Under the pieces are notes generated by a model, which made no database searches, was not told the DNA's origin, and saw only the letters and a program-made list of their open reading frames with translations. From NCBI GenBank assembly GCA_051362555.1, contig CM120640.1, positions 47,966,788 to 48,030,787 of the forward strand: 64,000 nucleotides of DNA, in the 5' to 3' direction. Source of the stretch: Lingula anatina (taxonomy: Eukaryota; Animalia; Brachiopoda). The position numbers and the translations under genes are program-made. Positions within the stretch are counted from its first letter, which is position 1; each line of letters opens with the position of its first letter. Positions 38,601 through 51,030 of this stretch are shown piece by piece.

Positions 38601-40010
38601 TTTGTAGGGTTCCCTATATACCTGTCACTGCAAGAAAATGTAAGGTTTAGCAGCATAGAGCTGTTTTATCACCTTCATTTGATTGTGTGCACCAACAATG
38701 GTGTGAGATACAAGGTTATGATAGCTTTGTTTTTTAATGTAAAACTGCAACCTCCAGTATGACTTACTAATGTTTCAATCGATTTTGCGTGAATATGTTC
38801 ACTGAAATAGAAATACAGTATCCATGATTTCTTGCTGTTTACTAAATGTAGATGAGTGATAAATAGGAGGTAAATGGGTTCTCACACTCCATCAGCTACC
38901 TAAAATTTGTACTGTATGTTAGGCTGTTTATTCCATTACAGATCATTTGTCAGGTCCTTAATATATCTAAATGGGTGCTGTTGGAATGACTATTACGTAG
39001 GTTGATGTGGACCAGTCACTGTTTGGTACATGGTTGATGCCTGTTCAGCAATATCATACTCCCATTAGACTTAATAAACAAGTACAGAAATTTCCCTTTG
39101 TCATTCTTTAATTTTAAAGGGTTGGTTCACTGGAAAAACAATTTGTTTGATGTAAATAAGCATTCGAAAACAAGGAAGCAATTAAAAAAAAATACTTAAA
39201 GCATGGACAGTTTATTGGATAAGTATTAAGACTGATATGATTATCAACCAGTGGGTGTATGTGTTATGTTATATTCATATATATATATATATATTAAAAG
39301 TTTTACTCCCAAAAAAGTTGAAGAAAAGCTATTTAAGAACAGTATTATGTAACTTTCAAATACTTACATTTGGTATATTTAATTTTTTTTTATTGTTGCA
39401 GTAAAACAGTCCCGGCTGTAGTGTCCTAAGTTTTTGTAATTTAATCCTTTAGATCCTGTTTAAAAGTCACAATAGTAGCCAGAAACAAATGTATGTGATG
39501 TCTTGTGACAACACCATGGGCTCAGTGGTCTAACTGGGGAGTTTATCCTGCAGACAGTTCTGGAAAGCAATTAAATTTATAGACTGGTCCATTTTTGGCA
39601 AATTCCACCAGCAACTTTGGGGTAAGAAAAGATAGGAAAACTGAGTTTCTGTTTAAGTTTGCATGGAAAGTATTTTCTGTTCAGTGTTAATGATTGGGTA
39701 GGAATGATTGAAACACACAGAAAATTTTTTTTGAAGAAAAATATATTTGTAGGTAAAACTACTATTAGTGCCTGTATTTTAAACTTTTGGTGCTACTGTA
39801 TCCGTAAGTGTCGTTGTTGCTATGTACTTTCTTCATTAATACCAATAAAGGAGAACCTTTTTAATTATTTTTAGTTATAAGATAAAGCACGTGCATAAAG
39901 TCAAGCTACTACATTACAATTCTGATACCTTTAAAGATGTAGCCTATTTGAATTTTTTAAAAGTGAGGATTTTTTTTTTTTTTTTTTTGTGAATTTTTCA
40001 TTTTTCACAG

Positions 40011-40128
40011 ATTGCATTTTCAACTTGCAACTTTGAAATCCAGTGGGTCTGATGCCCTGTTTTGTTCACTGTCATGAAAGGAAATCCGTGTTATTAACTA
40101 TAATTCTCAAACTTACAACATGGAACCT
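40011..40128 (+). other. Candidate 5'-UTR exon of the cytokine receptor gene
   Basis: Long polypyrimidine tract with cacag acceptor and CCT|gtaagt donor; no coding signal. Confidence 0.35.
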
Positions 40129-40817
40129 GTAAGTCACAATGAAGGTTTGGGAGTTTAGATTTTGTTTGAGATTCAGGTTATTCTTTCTGTTCAATAACTG
40201 GAAATTCCTGAATATTATTTTTGAAACTGGGGTTGTATTGACTGCCCCCCCCCCCCCCCCCCAAATTCAAGTTTAACTTTATAAACCACATCACACCTTT
40301 CCTCTTTTTCTGAAAGGTGTTTTGAACTTGCTTTTTTGTACATGTTTCTGCAGTGTTTGTCATCTGTATATTTATTCAATTTAGATAGGATTCAGATTAT
40401 GTATAGGGGTCTTCTTGTCCTTGATTTACATTGTCTTTTGCCTCTCTTATTTCTCCTTTCCTGCATAAAAGCCTTTTAATGTCAGTCACCGGAGTCACAT
40501 GCCAAAAACCAAAGTGGTATTGTGGTCTTTCTTAATCCACCAACTATATTCGAGTATTTTTATTGTAGGTTATCTGGTGCTTTCTTATTTGTCAACACAT
40601 TGGTATTTCAGATATGTTGGTTTGTATATTTTGATTGTCTTTTTAGTAAATTTTTGTAATAATTTCAGAGTTGAAGCTAAAGTAAGAATCTAAGATACAG
40701 GAACCAGACAATTAAAAGAATGACTCCAAGGTTAGAACAGGTAATTAAGGCATTACTGTAAAACAAAACATATATGACCAGAAAGAAATGCATGTCATGG
40801 CTAATTTCATATTTCTT

Positions 40818-40841
40818 ACACACACACACACACACACACAC
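40818..40841. repeat. (AC)n microsatellite
   Basis: Direct reading. Confidence 0.9.
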
Positions 40842-43800
40842 TATGACATTTGTGACTTTGGCACTGTTTATTTGTGTTTTTTCCAGAAATAATGACTAGT
40901 TGACTTTCCATTTTTTTACCTTGACTATCAAATTAAAAAAATTAATGAATTGTTGTAGTGATATAATGAATAATTGGGCAGTAGGTAAAAAATCTTAGCT
41001 TAACACCTATGAAGGCCTTTATTATTATACAATCATGCATATAGAGCCAAAAGCTGGAGGTGTTACATGTACAAATATGAATTCAATCAACTCACAACAA
41101 AATTAATGCCTTAATTATCTTTTAATCTCCTGCAACTTTTATAACATAGATAAACTAGGGCATGCAGTATTAGCATTCAATAGAGACTGTGGGTGAATGT
41201 TTTTAATGGTTGACCCAGATAAAGGTGTATCTATGTCCTGTTATTCGGGGCATACACAAACAACTAATAATGGGGTATATTGTACCATACAATTACACAG
41301 GAACTGTTGTGAGAATATATGTATTTACTTAGTGCCTGTATGAGCTTTTTACATGCAAGTGATATGCATTGTCGCAAAGAAAAGTTTTTTTTTGTAATCT
41401 CCTTATGGGTGTACTGTAGCAACAGTTAGGATGTGTTATTATAGTGTTATATTTCATTTTAAAATTATAATTTATTGATTTCAAACAAAGGATTAAGTCA
41501 GAGTTTAGATTATATATAACATGTAAGTGAAAAATTGTCATTAACGTATTGCAGTGTGGATTACATGGACTGGCACATATTCAAACTACAAATTCAAGTT
41601 TAGGAGAAAACAAAACATGTGACATATGACTTACTGCTGTCTGGTAAACTATCAGCTGTCCTTTTTTTTTTGACTTGTGTACCAAAAGTGAAAAAATGGC
41701 AGACTAAATGTAAGGATCACAAAAGTACATGAGATAAAGTGTACTCAGAAAATAAAGGATTAAATACAGAAAATGAAGCACTTTAGACAGAAAAATGAAA
41801 CAAAAGGATAAAACCATACTGAGAGTGCAGAATTTTAAAACAAATCAACATGAAAAGGTACTCTAAATGAGCCAAAATGGGTACAGCGAAAGTAATTTTT
41901 CAGCTAAGTTTCTGAGAGCAAAGAAACATATTTCCCCCATCCCCATCTTGCCTACCCTTCAAATGTCACTAGTTACTGATATTTAGAACTGTTTAGATTG
42001 AAGATTATCAATCTATTAAGCTATCTTACCTTGAGACATTAAAAAGAAATTACCTCAATTTCCTGTGGGAAATTCTGTAAATATGGCAGTATTAATTTAA
42101 GTTATTAAAATCTGTCTGATATTTTCATTTTGTTGATGCAAAAATACTTATATTGCCCATGAGTCTAAAGTTACATAAATTAATTGGAAATGAATGGTTC
42201 ACATACATTTTCCTGCTCAAGCAAAGATCTTGAAGTCAATCCAATTTGAGCTTGGGACATATCTGATAAAATGCTTAGAATCAGATTTAAACTGAATACC
42301 CTTCTTGAGAAGCATGGTAGCTAACTGGAAAAGTCAATTAGACATGATCACTTTACCCAGATTTCAGCTTTTATGGTTATTCAGGTGTGTTAATCTCTTT
42401 TGACTATCAAATTTGAATATGATCTTTCAAAACAAAAATGATTTGAAAGTGTCCTGTTTTATCAGATTGAATTAGAGAAGCAGGCATTTGAGGACCAAGT
42501 TTGAATGCAACACAATATTTAAAATAAACACAATTGATGTGATAACTTGAGTGAGAAAGATGCTTGCTTGTTTATTGTATCAGTATCATGTCATAAATCT
42601 AGCCACTGATGATTCTGGAATTGTTAAATTTCAAAACTAAAGTCAAATAAAGCAAGAAGATAAGATGTTAAAATGTCATGTCTATAAAGGCAATAAGATA
42701 CGGAATAAGTGGAGACAGCATTTTCATATCAGACAAATCCATTTATTTTTATGGCCATGGCTGCCCCTTTCTCCTGTGTTTGAAAACTTGAACTTCAACT
42801 TGAGATTGTGATGGTCAAATGGTTATTAAGATATGAGAAACTGATAATCTACTAACCATTAGTTCTACAGGTTATTGGCAACCCTCCTGTATTGTCAGCA
42901 TACCATATACCATGAAATTAAATGGAATTGGAGAGAGTATGCTAGGCAGAGGTACTTAACTGTTAATATCAGTACTCCATGGCTCATAGGGCAGACTAGA
43001 TCCTGAATATAACACTGTGCTCACTGTTCCCTTTCTATATTCATTCATCACCAATGTGCAATAATTGCCACTTGTGTTAATAGTGACAAATGCACATTAA
43101 TATGCCATCTATCTGAAGATGAACAGAATGCAGCGAGAATGCAGTTTGATATGCGTAGCAGCTACTAGCTGATCCAGTCTCTTGTTATTTACTTTTCTTG
43201 CCACTGATAACATAGCCATTAACATACATCTGATTTAAAGCTAAGGTACATTTTTTCACTTTTTAGGCAGATCTCAAACAACTTGTTGAAAAAAAACTGT
43301 GGTCATTATAAATTATCTTTTTTCCTTAATAAGAATAGATTTTTTTTTATAACTAAACCTAAATTTAGTACCATCAGAAAATTCTGTTGCTGTGATATTA
43401 TGTATTGCATTTCTTCAAAGTAAAAGCTTTTGTCTAATTCTGGCAGTAAAAAAAAAGTCTTCTTGTTTAAATGGGAAACATTTCTGAAAAAGAGGAAGTC
43501 ATGGGTCAGTGGGAAGGAAAGATAATGGACCGAAGAATTAGTCATGGCATGTAATGTTACTTAGGGCAATGTGTGGTTATAAGGAAAGTGAATTATAAAA
43601 ATATGTAAACATCTATAAAATTATCTTTTAATACTTCAATCTGATATTGCTTATAATATGTGATTTAGGGATGATTTTTCCCTAACTATTGGACTATTCA
43701 CAAAGTTCAAATCCCAGTGAAATGTGGAAGTGAGTTGTGAATATCAGACTTTCTTATTCTGTGCTGACAAAATTTTGTAGCCTATTTGGAAGGATTTATA

Positions 43801-44129
43801 AAATTTGCACTTCATTCGTGTCAGTTCTTTTCTATTAACAGTTGTCAATGCATTGGCTTTATTAACACTATAGTGTCTAAATACCACATTGTGGATAGAC
43901 TGGAAAAAGTTGCAAAGCCTGATCTTGCATGTTAAGTTAATTGTCAATCAACATACTAGTAAACTAATAAAGAACAATGCACAATTGTCTTCAAAAAGTA
44001 GTTTTTTTTCTTTCCAGATGAAAAAACTAATTCCCAAGACATGGGGTGGAGCAACCAGTGCTCATGTATTTTCATGCAAGTTGCTTTCCTAGAACATTCT
44101 TCATGGTTATATTAGTGCTGTTGGAACAA

Positions 44130-47100
44130 ATGCAGTGGAGAGCAGGGCTGTTGGCTGTTTTGTTATGGACACTGTTGAGCACCAAGAGTTGTCAGTCTTA
44201 CTGCACTCAGTATGGAGGTAAGTATTATTAAAACATACTGATTTTCAGTGGTATGACTGTTTTGTAGTCACTGTGTCTGTCATTAAGAGTATTTAGGGCC
44301 AGATAGTTGAGATCAGTTCTTGTAAGGCTTGGAATTTTTAGAACACTCAGTCAATTTTCTTTACACTTAATCCAGCCAATTTTTGTCTGTTTATGGTTTG
44401 GCATAAATCCAATATAATTTTTTTTCAGTAAAAAAAGTCCAAGATTGTTTGATTAATAGATTAATTGTTTCTACAAAAGGAGGCACTTCTCATTCCTAAT
44501 TATCTATGGTGTCAATAATGGGACTATGATTTTAAAAAGGTACAAAAATTCTACCTGGTATAAGTGAGAGTTTACTGGTACTTACTGACCTGCACTCTAT
44601 AGTATTTTGTAAAATATTTTCACCCAACTTAAACCCCATGCACTAAAGCCATGCTCTAAATTGGAATAGAAGCAAGAGATTTGAAAAAGTGAGAATAGAT
44701 TAGATATCTGATAATGTTGCTTCACTGTTTATCATTTAGAAATATTTTTATGGTTTTAGGATCTTCACCACAGGCTGTCAAAAATACAAGACATGGAAGT
44801 CCATGGATTAACACCATATGCAACATTTAATCAATATGATTTATTATCAGTTTGTTTGTTATTTTCAGAACTAACACCATTGGATCCATATCTGACAGAA
44901 AATTCAAACTACACCCTCAACTGTACCTTAGACCAGACTGTTATTGATGGGATACGTTACAATTCATCGCAGTTGCATCTGCACAGCTTTGTACCAGGTC
45001 TCAATCCACTGCCCCAACACACCCGAGAAGAGCCAGATGAAAGAACGGTATTATTCCACATAGAGGCAGTCCCTAATAAGGGGAGGAACTATGAGAATCA
45101 GTATTACTGTTATGCCGGCGACAATGGTTTTTTAAGGGGAAAGTGCATTGGAGCAACAATTTTGCATGTTGGGCGTAAGTAGCTAAAATTAATGATAGTA
45201 TCACTTTTGTAATATGGAAAGATTGTTAACTTATCATTATTAATTTCTAAAATGCATTTGGATCCATCTTATCAATTAATGGGGTTGACATGTGACGCTG
45301 AGGATAAAGTGTAAAAAAATGCTATTATTTATCACATATGACACTTTAAAGATAGGATTTTAGTCAATAGTTCATTAAACTAACTTAGATTTTACACAAA
45401 CATTTATCTTTGGTTTAAATAAAGCATCTCATCAGTAATTAGGGTAGAGAAAATGGAATACGTTTTAATTGCTAGGCCCCTGCAGGGCTGGCTTGTGTAG
45501 TAGGCAGTGAGACCATTAGGGGTTTATTCGCCATCACTTTTAAGTGGGGTCGGCCATATTTGATCCACGGACCAGTTAGTCTTTTGACTATCTGTTCTGA
45601 ATGCAGCCTAACATGTTTTTTACCAAGGCAATGAACATGCAATTATACAACATTTGTTTTAAACTTAGCCTCTGTTTTCAGCCAAACCCCAACCACCGAC
45701 CTCAGTGAGTTGTATTGTATATGCCCAGAAGTACATGACCTGCAGCTATAAGATTCCACAGCAAGAGGACACTGTGACTTTGTTATGGGGAGTGCAATCC
45801 CGTGTGTTAGTGTTTGGAACCTTGCTTTTTGTGCTTTTTCTCACTTTAACAAACTGGGCTCACTCTAATGTAATTTAAGTTTTGGCCAATTTATTTCAAC
45901 CAACTAGGCAAAGTATTTCAGAAGAGATAAATCTGTTTACTTTTTGGTGGACATGGTATATTATTCAGTGAATTCTTGGAGCCTAATTGATTTGTAGAGA
46001 AATCATTTTTCTTTTGTTAAAAGACATTTTTTAACATTAAGGAAAGAGGGTAATAAAGAGTGATCCCAGTATTAATTCACCTTTTTTAGTTTCCTAATAG
46101 TAGAGGTATAATTTGAAAAGAGAAATGTTTTAACCTCTAAAGTTGTGTTGATTTTTGTTAAAATTGTCACTTAATTGTCACAGTAAACTAATGCTATTTT
46201 ACTGAAGATAACAAACATTGGTCTTGTGCTGTCCAAGTCTATGTTCATCAATAATGCTAAGTAATTAAAAAATCTTTCAGTTAATTCAGTCGGTGCAGGG
46301 ACTTATTCTGCTGAATTGCAATAACATTTTATGCGCTGCCTTTAAAGAAAAAGAAATTCAAAATATCATGAATGTCCCCCATTCCCAGATCATATCATGT
46401 GTGCCTCAATCAGTGTATATGAACACTCACACTGTAAAAGGGTATGGTAGGTTTAGTATTTACAACAATGAACACATAGTGGTGAGGTTTTGTGTTCTTT
46501 CCTTGGGTTTCTTTAACATATTGGTTGGAAACTTTGATTTTTCAGTCAGTGAACTGTCTTTTAACAGAGGTAATGTAAGACTGGCAATAGTTCTTAACTA
46601 CTGTCAAAATGGATGGAAATATACTTTAAGAGTAAAATATTTGGCTGCATTTTATGCTAAAGCACAATTTGATAAGAATCAAACTGTGTTACAGAAAAGT
46701 TATTGGCTTTTATTGTTTCATGGTGATTCATATTTGAAGAATTATTTTGAGTGCTGAAAATCTGTCAGCAAACATTGCCAGTTTTACAGTGCATAAGTTT
46801 GGTTAACCTCCACATTTTCATTGTTCTATTCTTTCCCTGCTTTTTGTGAAACATTCTGCTTATTCGTCAGCTTGAGACCTAATTACAAATTAGTATTGTC
46901 ATTGTTTGGGATAAGGTTTATATTTCATAAAACTTTTAAACCTAAACCTCTGTCTGTAACCATAAATTTTAAGTTTAAATTTAATTTTATCCCTGCACAA
47001 AGAAACTAATTGATTGTGATTTGTTCAAAAATGTATTCAGAACAATTGAGTGATGTCCAACAATCATGCCTTTCCATGCAACCCTGCTGCTAAACACCCT

Positions 47101-50100
47101 AGTTTAGAAATTAAAATTATGTGCTCACCAGGACATTTTGGATAACATTAGACTAACATACAAACTAGACATGCTGTGGTAAAAATATAAACATACAGTT
47201 GTTATGTTTTAATAGTTCTATTTTATTCAACAATACACATCTGCTACCAAGATTATTTTTATGTACAGACACAGATGTGTCTGTACATATTGCCATCACC
47301 TGCGTCTGTCGTCGCCGATCATGTCGCCGTCGCCGTCGCCGTCGCCGTGCACTTTCAGCGTTAACACCATAAGTGGAAGACAGTTTTACCTTTTGGCTTT
47401 ATATTTACAGAGCTGACTAATATTCATAAAACGCAGGTCAAGTTCGAAAATCAGCATGATCGGGCCATTATTGTAGAATTTATGCTGTTTTTTCACTTTT
47501 TAGCATATATGCAACACTGTTAACACATTTCAAGGAAAACCGATAGGCCTGTTGTCATGAAACTCACAGGAGTAATCAGTCTTACTAAAACGCAGGTCAA
47601 GTTCGAAAATTGGCATGATCGGGCCACTATTTTAGTAGTTATGCTGTTTTTTCATTTTTCAGCATATATGCAACACTGTTAACACATTTCAAGGAAAACC
47701 GATAGACCTGTTGTCATGAAACTCACAGGAGTAATCAATCTAACTAAAACGCAGGTCAAGTTCGAAAATCGGCATGATCGGGCTACTATTTTACTAGTTA
47801 TGCTGTTTTTTACACTTTTCAGCATATATGCAACACTGTAAACACAATATAAGAAAAACAGATGGGCCAATTGTCATGAAAGTCACAGGAGTGGTCAATT
47901 TTACTAAAATGCAGGTTGAGTTCGTAAATCAGCATAATCGTGCCATTATTTTAGAAGGTATGCTGTTTTTTCACATTTCCTCAGATTCAATTTTTAGGCA
48001 TATTAACAGTCTCATTATTAAACTAATAAGATACGTGAAAGTGTTTGTTTGACATTTCCTGCATCTTTACAACATTGTTAGTTGATTTTGTAAAAATGAT
48101 GGTAAACATGTTATCGTGTATTGTGTAATAAAGTTTCAAATATGGAAATAAACTCATATCATTGCAGTTTGTCAGATTCAATCATTCACTATGTTCAGAA
48201 TCTCAGAATGGAAGAAATTGGACATTTAACACTGCTCTATTGATATTTTTCTCATCTCATCAATTTTCTTAGTTGATCATATAAAAATGGCAATAAACTG
48301 TTAATTTTGTTTTATGTTAAAAATTGTTATAAATGGGAAAAAAAAACATTTCAGAACAGTGCTGTCTTGTTTACATTTTGGCATTTTCAAGTTGTGACTT
48401 TGAAGTTCCATGGGCCTGAAGACCTTTGCTAGTCACATTTTCTGAATATCCATGATACCAATATTTTATTATTAAAAATTGATGGTCATTATGCTGTTAA
48501 ACATTATGTAATATTGCATCAAAATTTGAAAAAACCTATTTTGGGCACTGCTCCCATGATTACCTTTTAAGAAAAACCATGTCACTTACTGTTCTCAAAC
48601 TTACAGGAAAGAAACATGGGACTAAAATACAGCTTCAGTAGGCAATGCAATCTGCCAGTTAAACAGTTTTTTTGTGAAAATTTAATTTTTCACATATTGG
48701 CATTTTCAAGGTGTGACTTTGAAGTTCCACAGGCTTGAAGACCCAGGCTAGTCACATTTTCTGAAAATCCATGATACATATATTTTGTTATTAAAAATTG
48801 ATTGTCATTATGCAGTTAACCATTATGTAATATTGCATCAGAATAGAAGAAAACACAATTTTGGGTGCTGCTGCCATGATGACCATTATGGGAAAACCAT
48901 GTTACTTATGATTGCCAAACTTTCAAAAAAGAAATACAGGACTAAAATGCAGCCTGAGTTGGAAAAGCAGTCTAATTGACTTCTTTTTCTGGAAGTTTTA
49001 CATTTTCAAAGTGTGAACTTGAACTCCCATGGGCCTGAAGCCTTATGCTTGTTTCACATTTTACTTACATTGGTATTACCTGTTGAGCATAATTAAAATT
49101 TGATGTTGAATTTGCAGTTTAACATAATGTACTTTTGCATCAGAATTGTTATTTCCTGCTTTTTGTCTGTACATTTGACAGCTTTGCTGCCTTGTTAAGT
49201 AAGTTTTTATTAATGCTTGTACATGTTTTCCCTGGTTTGATGGGGTTTTCCAAAACCAAAATCATGCTATAATTTGCAAAAGACTAATTATAAAGTGGGT
49301 GTGGTTAATAAAACGTATATTAATTTGACAAAATCACACTGTATTCTCTCTTTTTTTAAAATAATATAATATTTGAAAAAGAGAAAATAATGTCTACTTT
49401 TATTTTTACAGGAATCGAGGGCAGTAAGTAAAATAATGCTACTTAGTACACTTATTGATGATTGATAATACTAACTATTTTTCCATTAATATCTTTTCAA
49501 TTTTTACTAACACTGTATTTTTATAAAACTTCACTCTTCATGATGCACAAAAAGCTATCAGTTTGTTTTGTTCTGCACAGTTTACCTATAATTGTTTAAT
49601 ATGCACTGATTGAAATTTTGCGTGATTGAATTAGCAGTACTGCTTTCTAGGACATTTTCATTGCTTGACAAATAATTCAAATAAAGAGATTTGCTTTTTA
49701 GGCCCTATTTCACAAATGCTTTTCTGAAAAAATGATTAATACAAATATCAATTAATCATATTTTTATAAAAAGGCAAATGAGTTTGTGTGATTTGCATGG
49801 ATTACAAAGCATGCCAGCTAATAAGAGAGTCAAAGTTTTGAACGAAGCAATTTGGTTTGATTTGCATGGAAGTAAATCAAGGCTACGGAATTTAAACATT
49901 AATGAAATTATATGTATAGCTATTAGATTATAAGCATCAGATACTGGTTATTATTAATTTTTGATAATTAGTTTTTATATGGGTAGAAATATACAGAAAA
50001 ATTAAATGAAGCTATCTCAAGCTCATGTTTGGACAGTCTTAGTTGGTGCCATATGTCCCATTAAACATGTACACGCATGCTTTCATACTCTGGTGCACAC

Positions 50101-50992
50101 AGTCAAACACAAAACAGTTATGAATAATTGCATGGGTTCCTAACTTATTGCCAAATATATGCATGCATTGAGCACACTTTCAAGTTTCATGGCCTTTTAT
50201 GGTCAAATGCTCTGTTTAAAACCCATTTTTGTTTCCTTTTTGAAGATGAACCAAATTTTTTTGTACTAGAATGTGAATGGGTTTTGGAATATTATTCATG
50301 TGCATGATTGGATTTTTGTATTTTTATGGGTTTAAAGATTTAAGTATTGGATGCTCCTTTAGAGGGAAATGTCTGAGGTGCTAGAATTAAGGGAATCTGA
50401 AAAAAAATCAGAAACTTGAATTCAATAAACATTGCTCATGCTAATCAGATGAAACATTTGAATTCCTTGAACATCTAATGCCAAAGAAGTCAAAACTTAA
50501 CAACTAAAATGTTGAACCTCCTAGTCTTCTGCTTTCATTTACACTATGTTTTTTATGTATTTTACTTGCTTTCTTATTCTTTAATGTTCATGTCTGATCA
50601 TCTTGTCTGTTTAATGTCAAGAAAAAAAATTATATAGAATCAATTTTATTGATGATTTTCAAGTATTTACTATATTAATATTTAGTATTTATATGAAAAA
50701 TCTTGCAGTCAGTATTTTTGCATGTTTATTTCAGAGTAACAACACCATTTTATTGTACAAATTTCACCAAGACATCCTGTACTTGGAGTGGTCATGGACG
50801 AGATAGCTTTCATGCAAATACTGTCTACTGGATAGCCCTTTACACAAACAATTCTTTTGGGCATGCATTTGCTGAGGGAGATCCTGACATTCCGGGAAGT
50901 TACTTCAAGGTCAACGCATCTCTAATTGGTAAGAAGATTTGATATTCAACGGGTCTTCATGTTTTGATTGAAACTTGAAAGTGTGTGTGCTT

Positions 50993-51030
<38 letters not shown>

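Noticed and set aside
46293-46757. 154-aa intronic ORF on the plus strand
   Set aside because: GTG start, no domain signal, and not needed for the phase-consistent receptor model.
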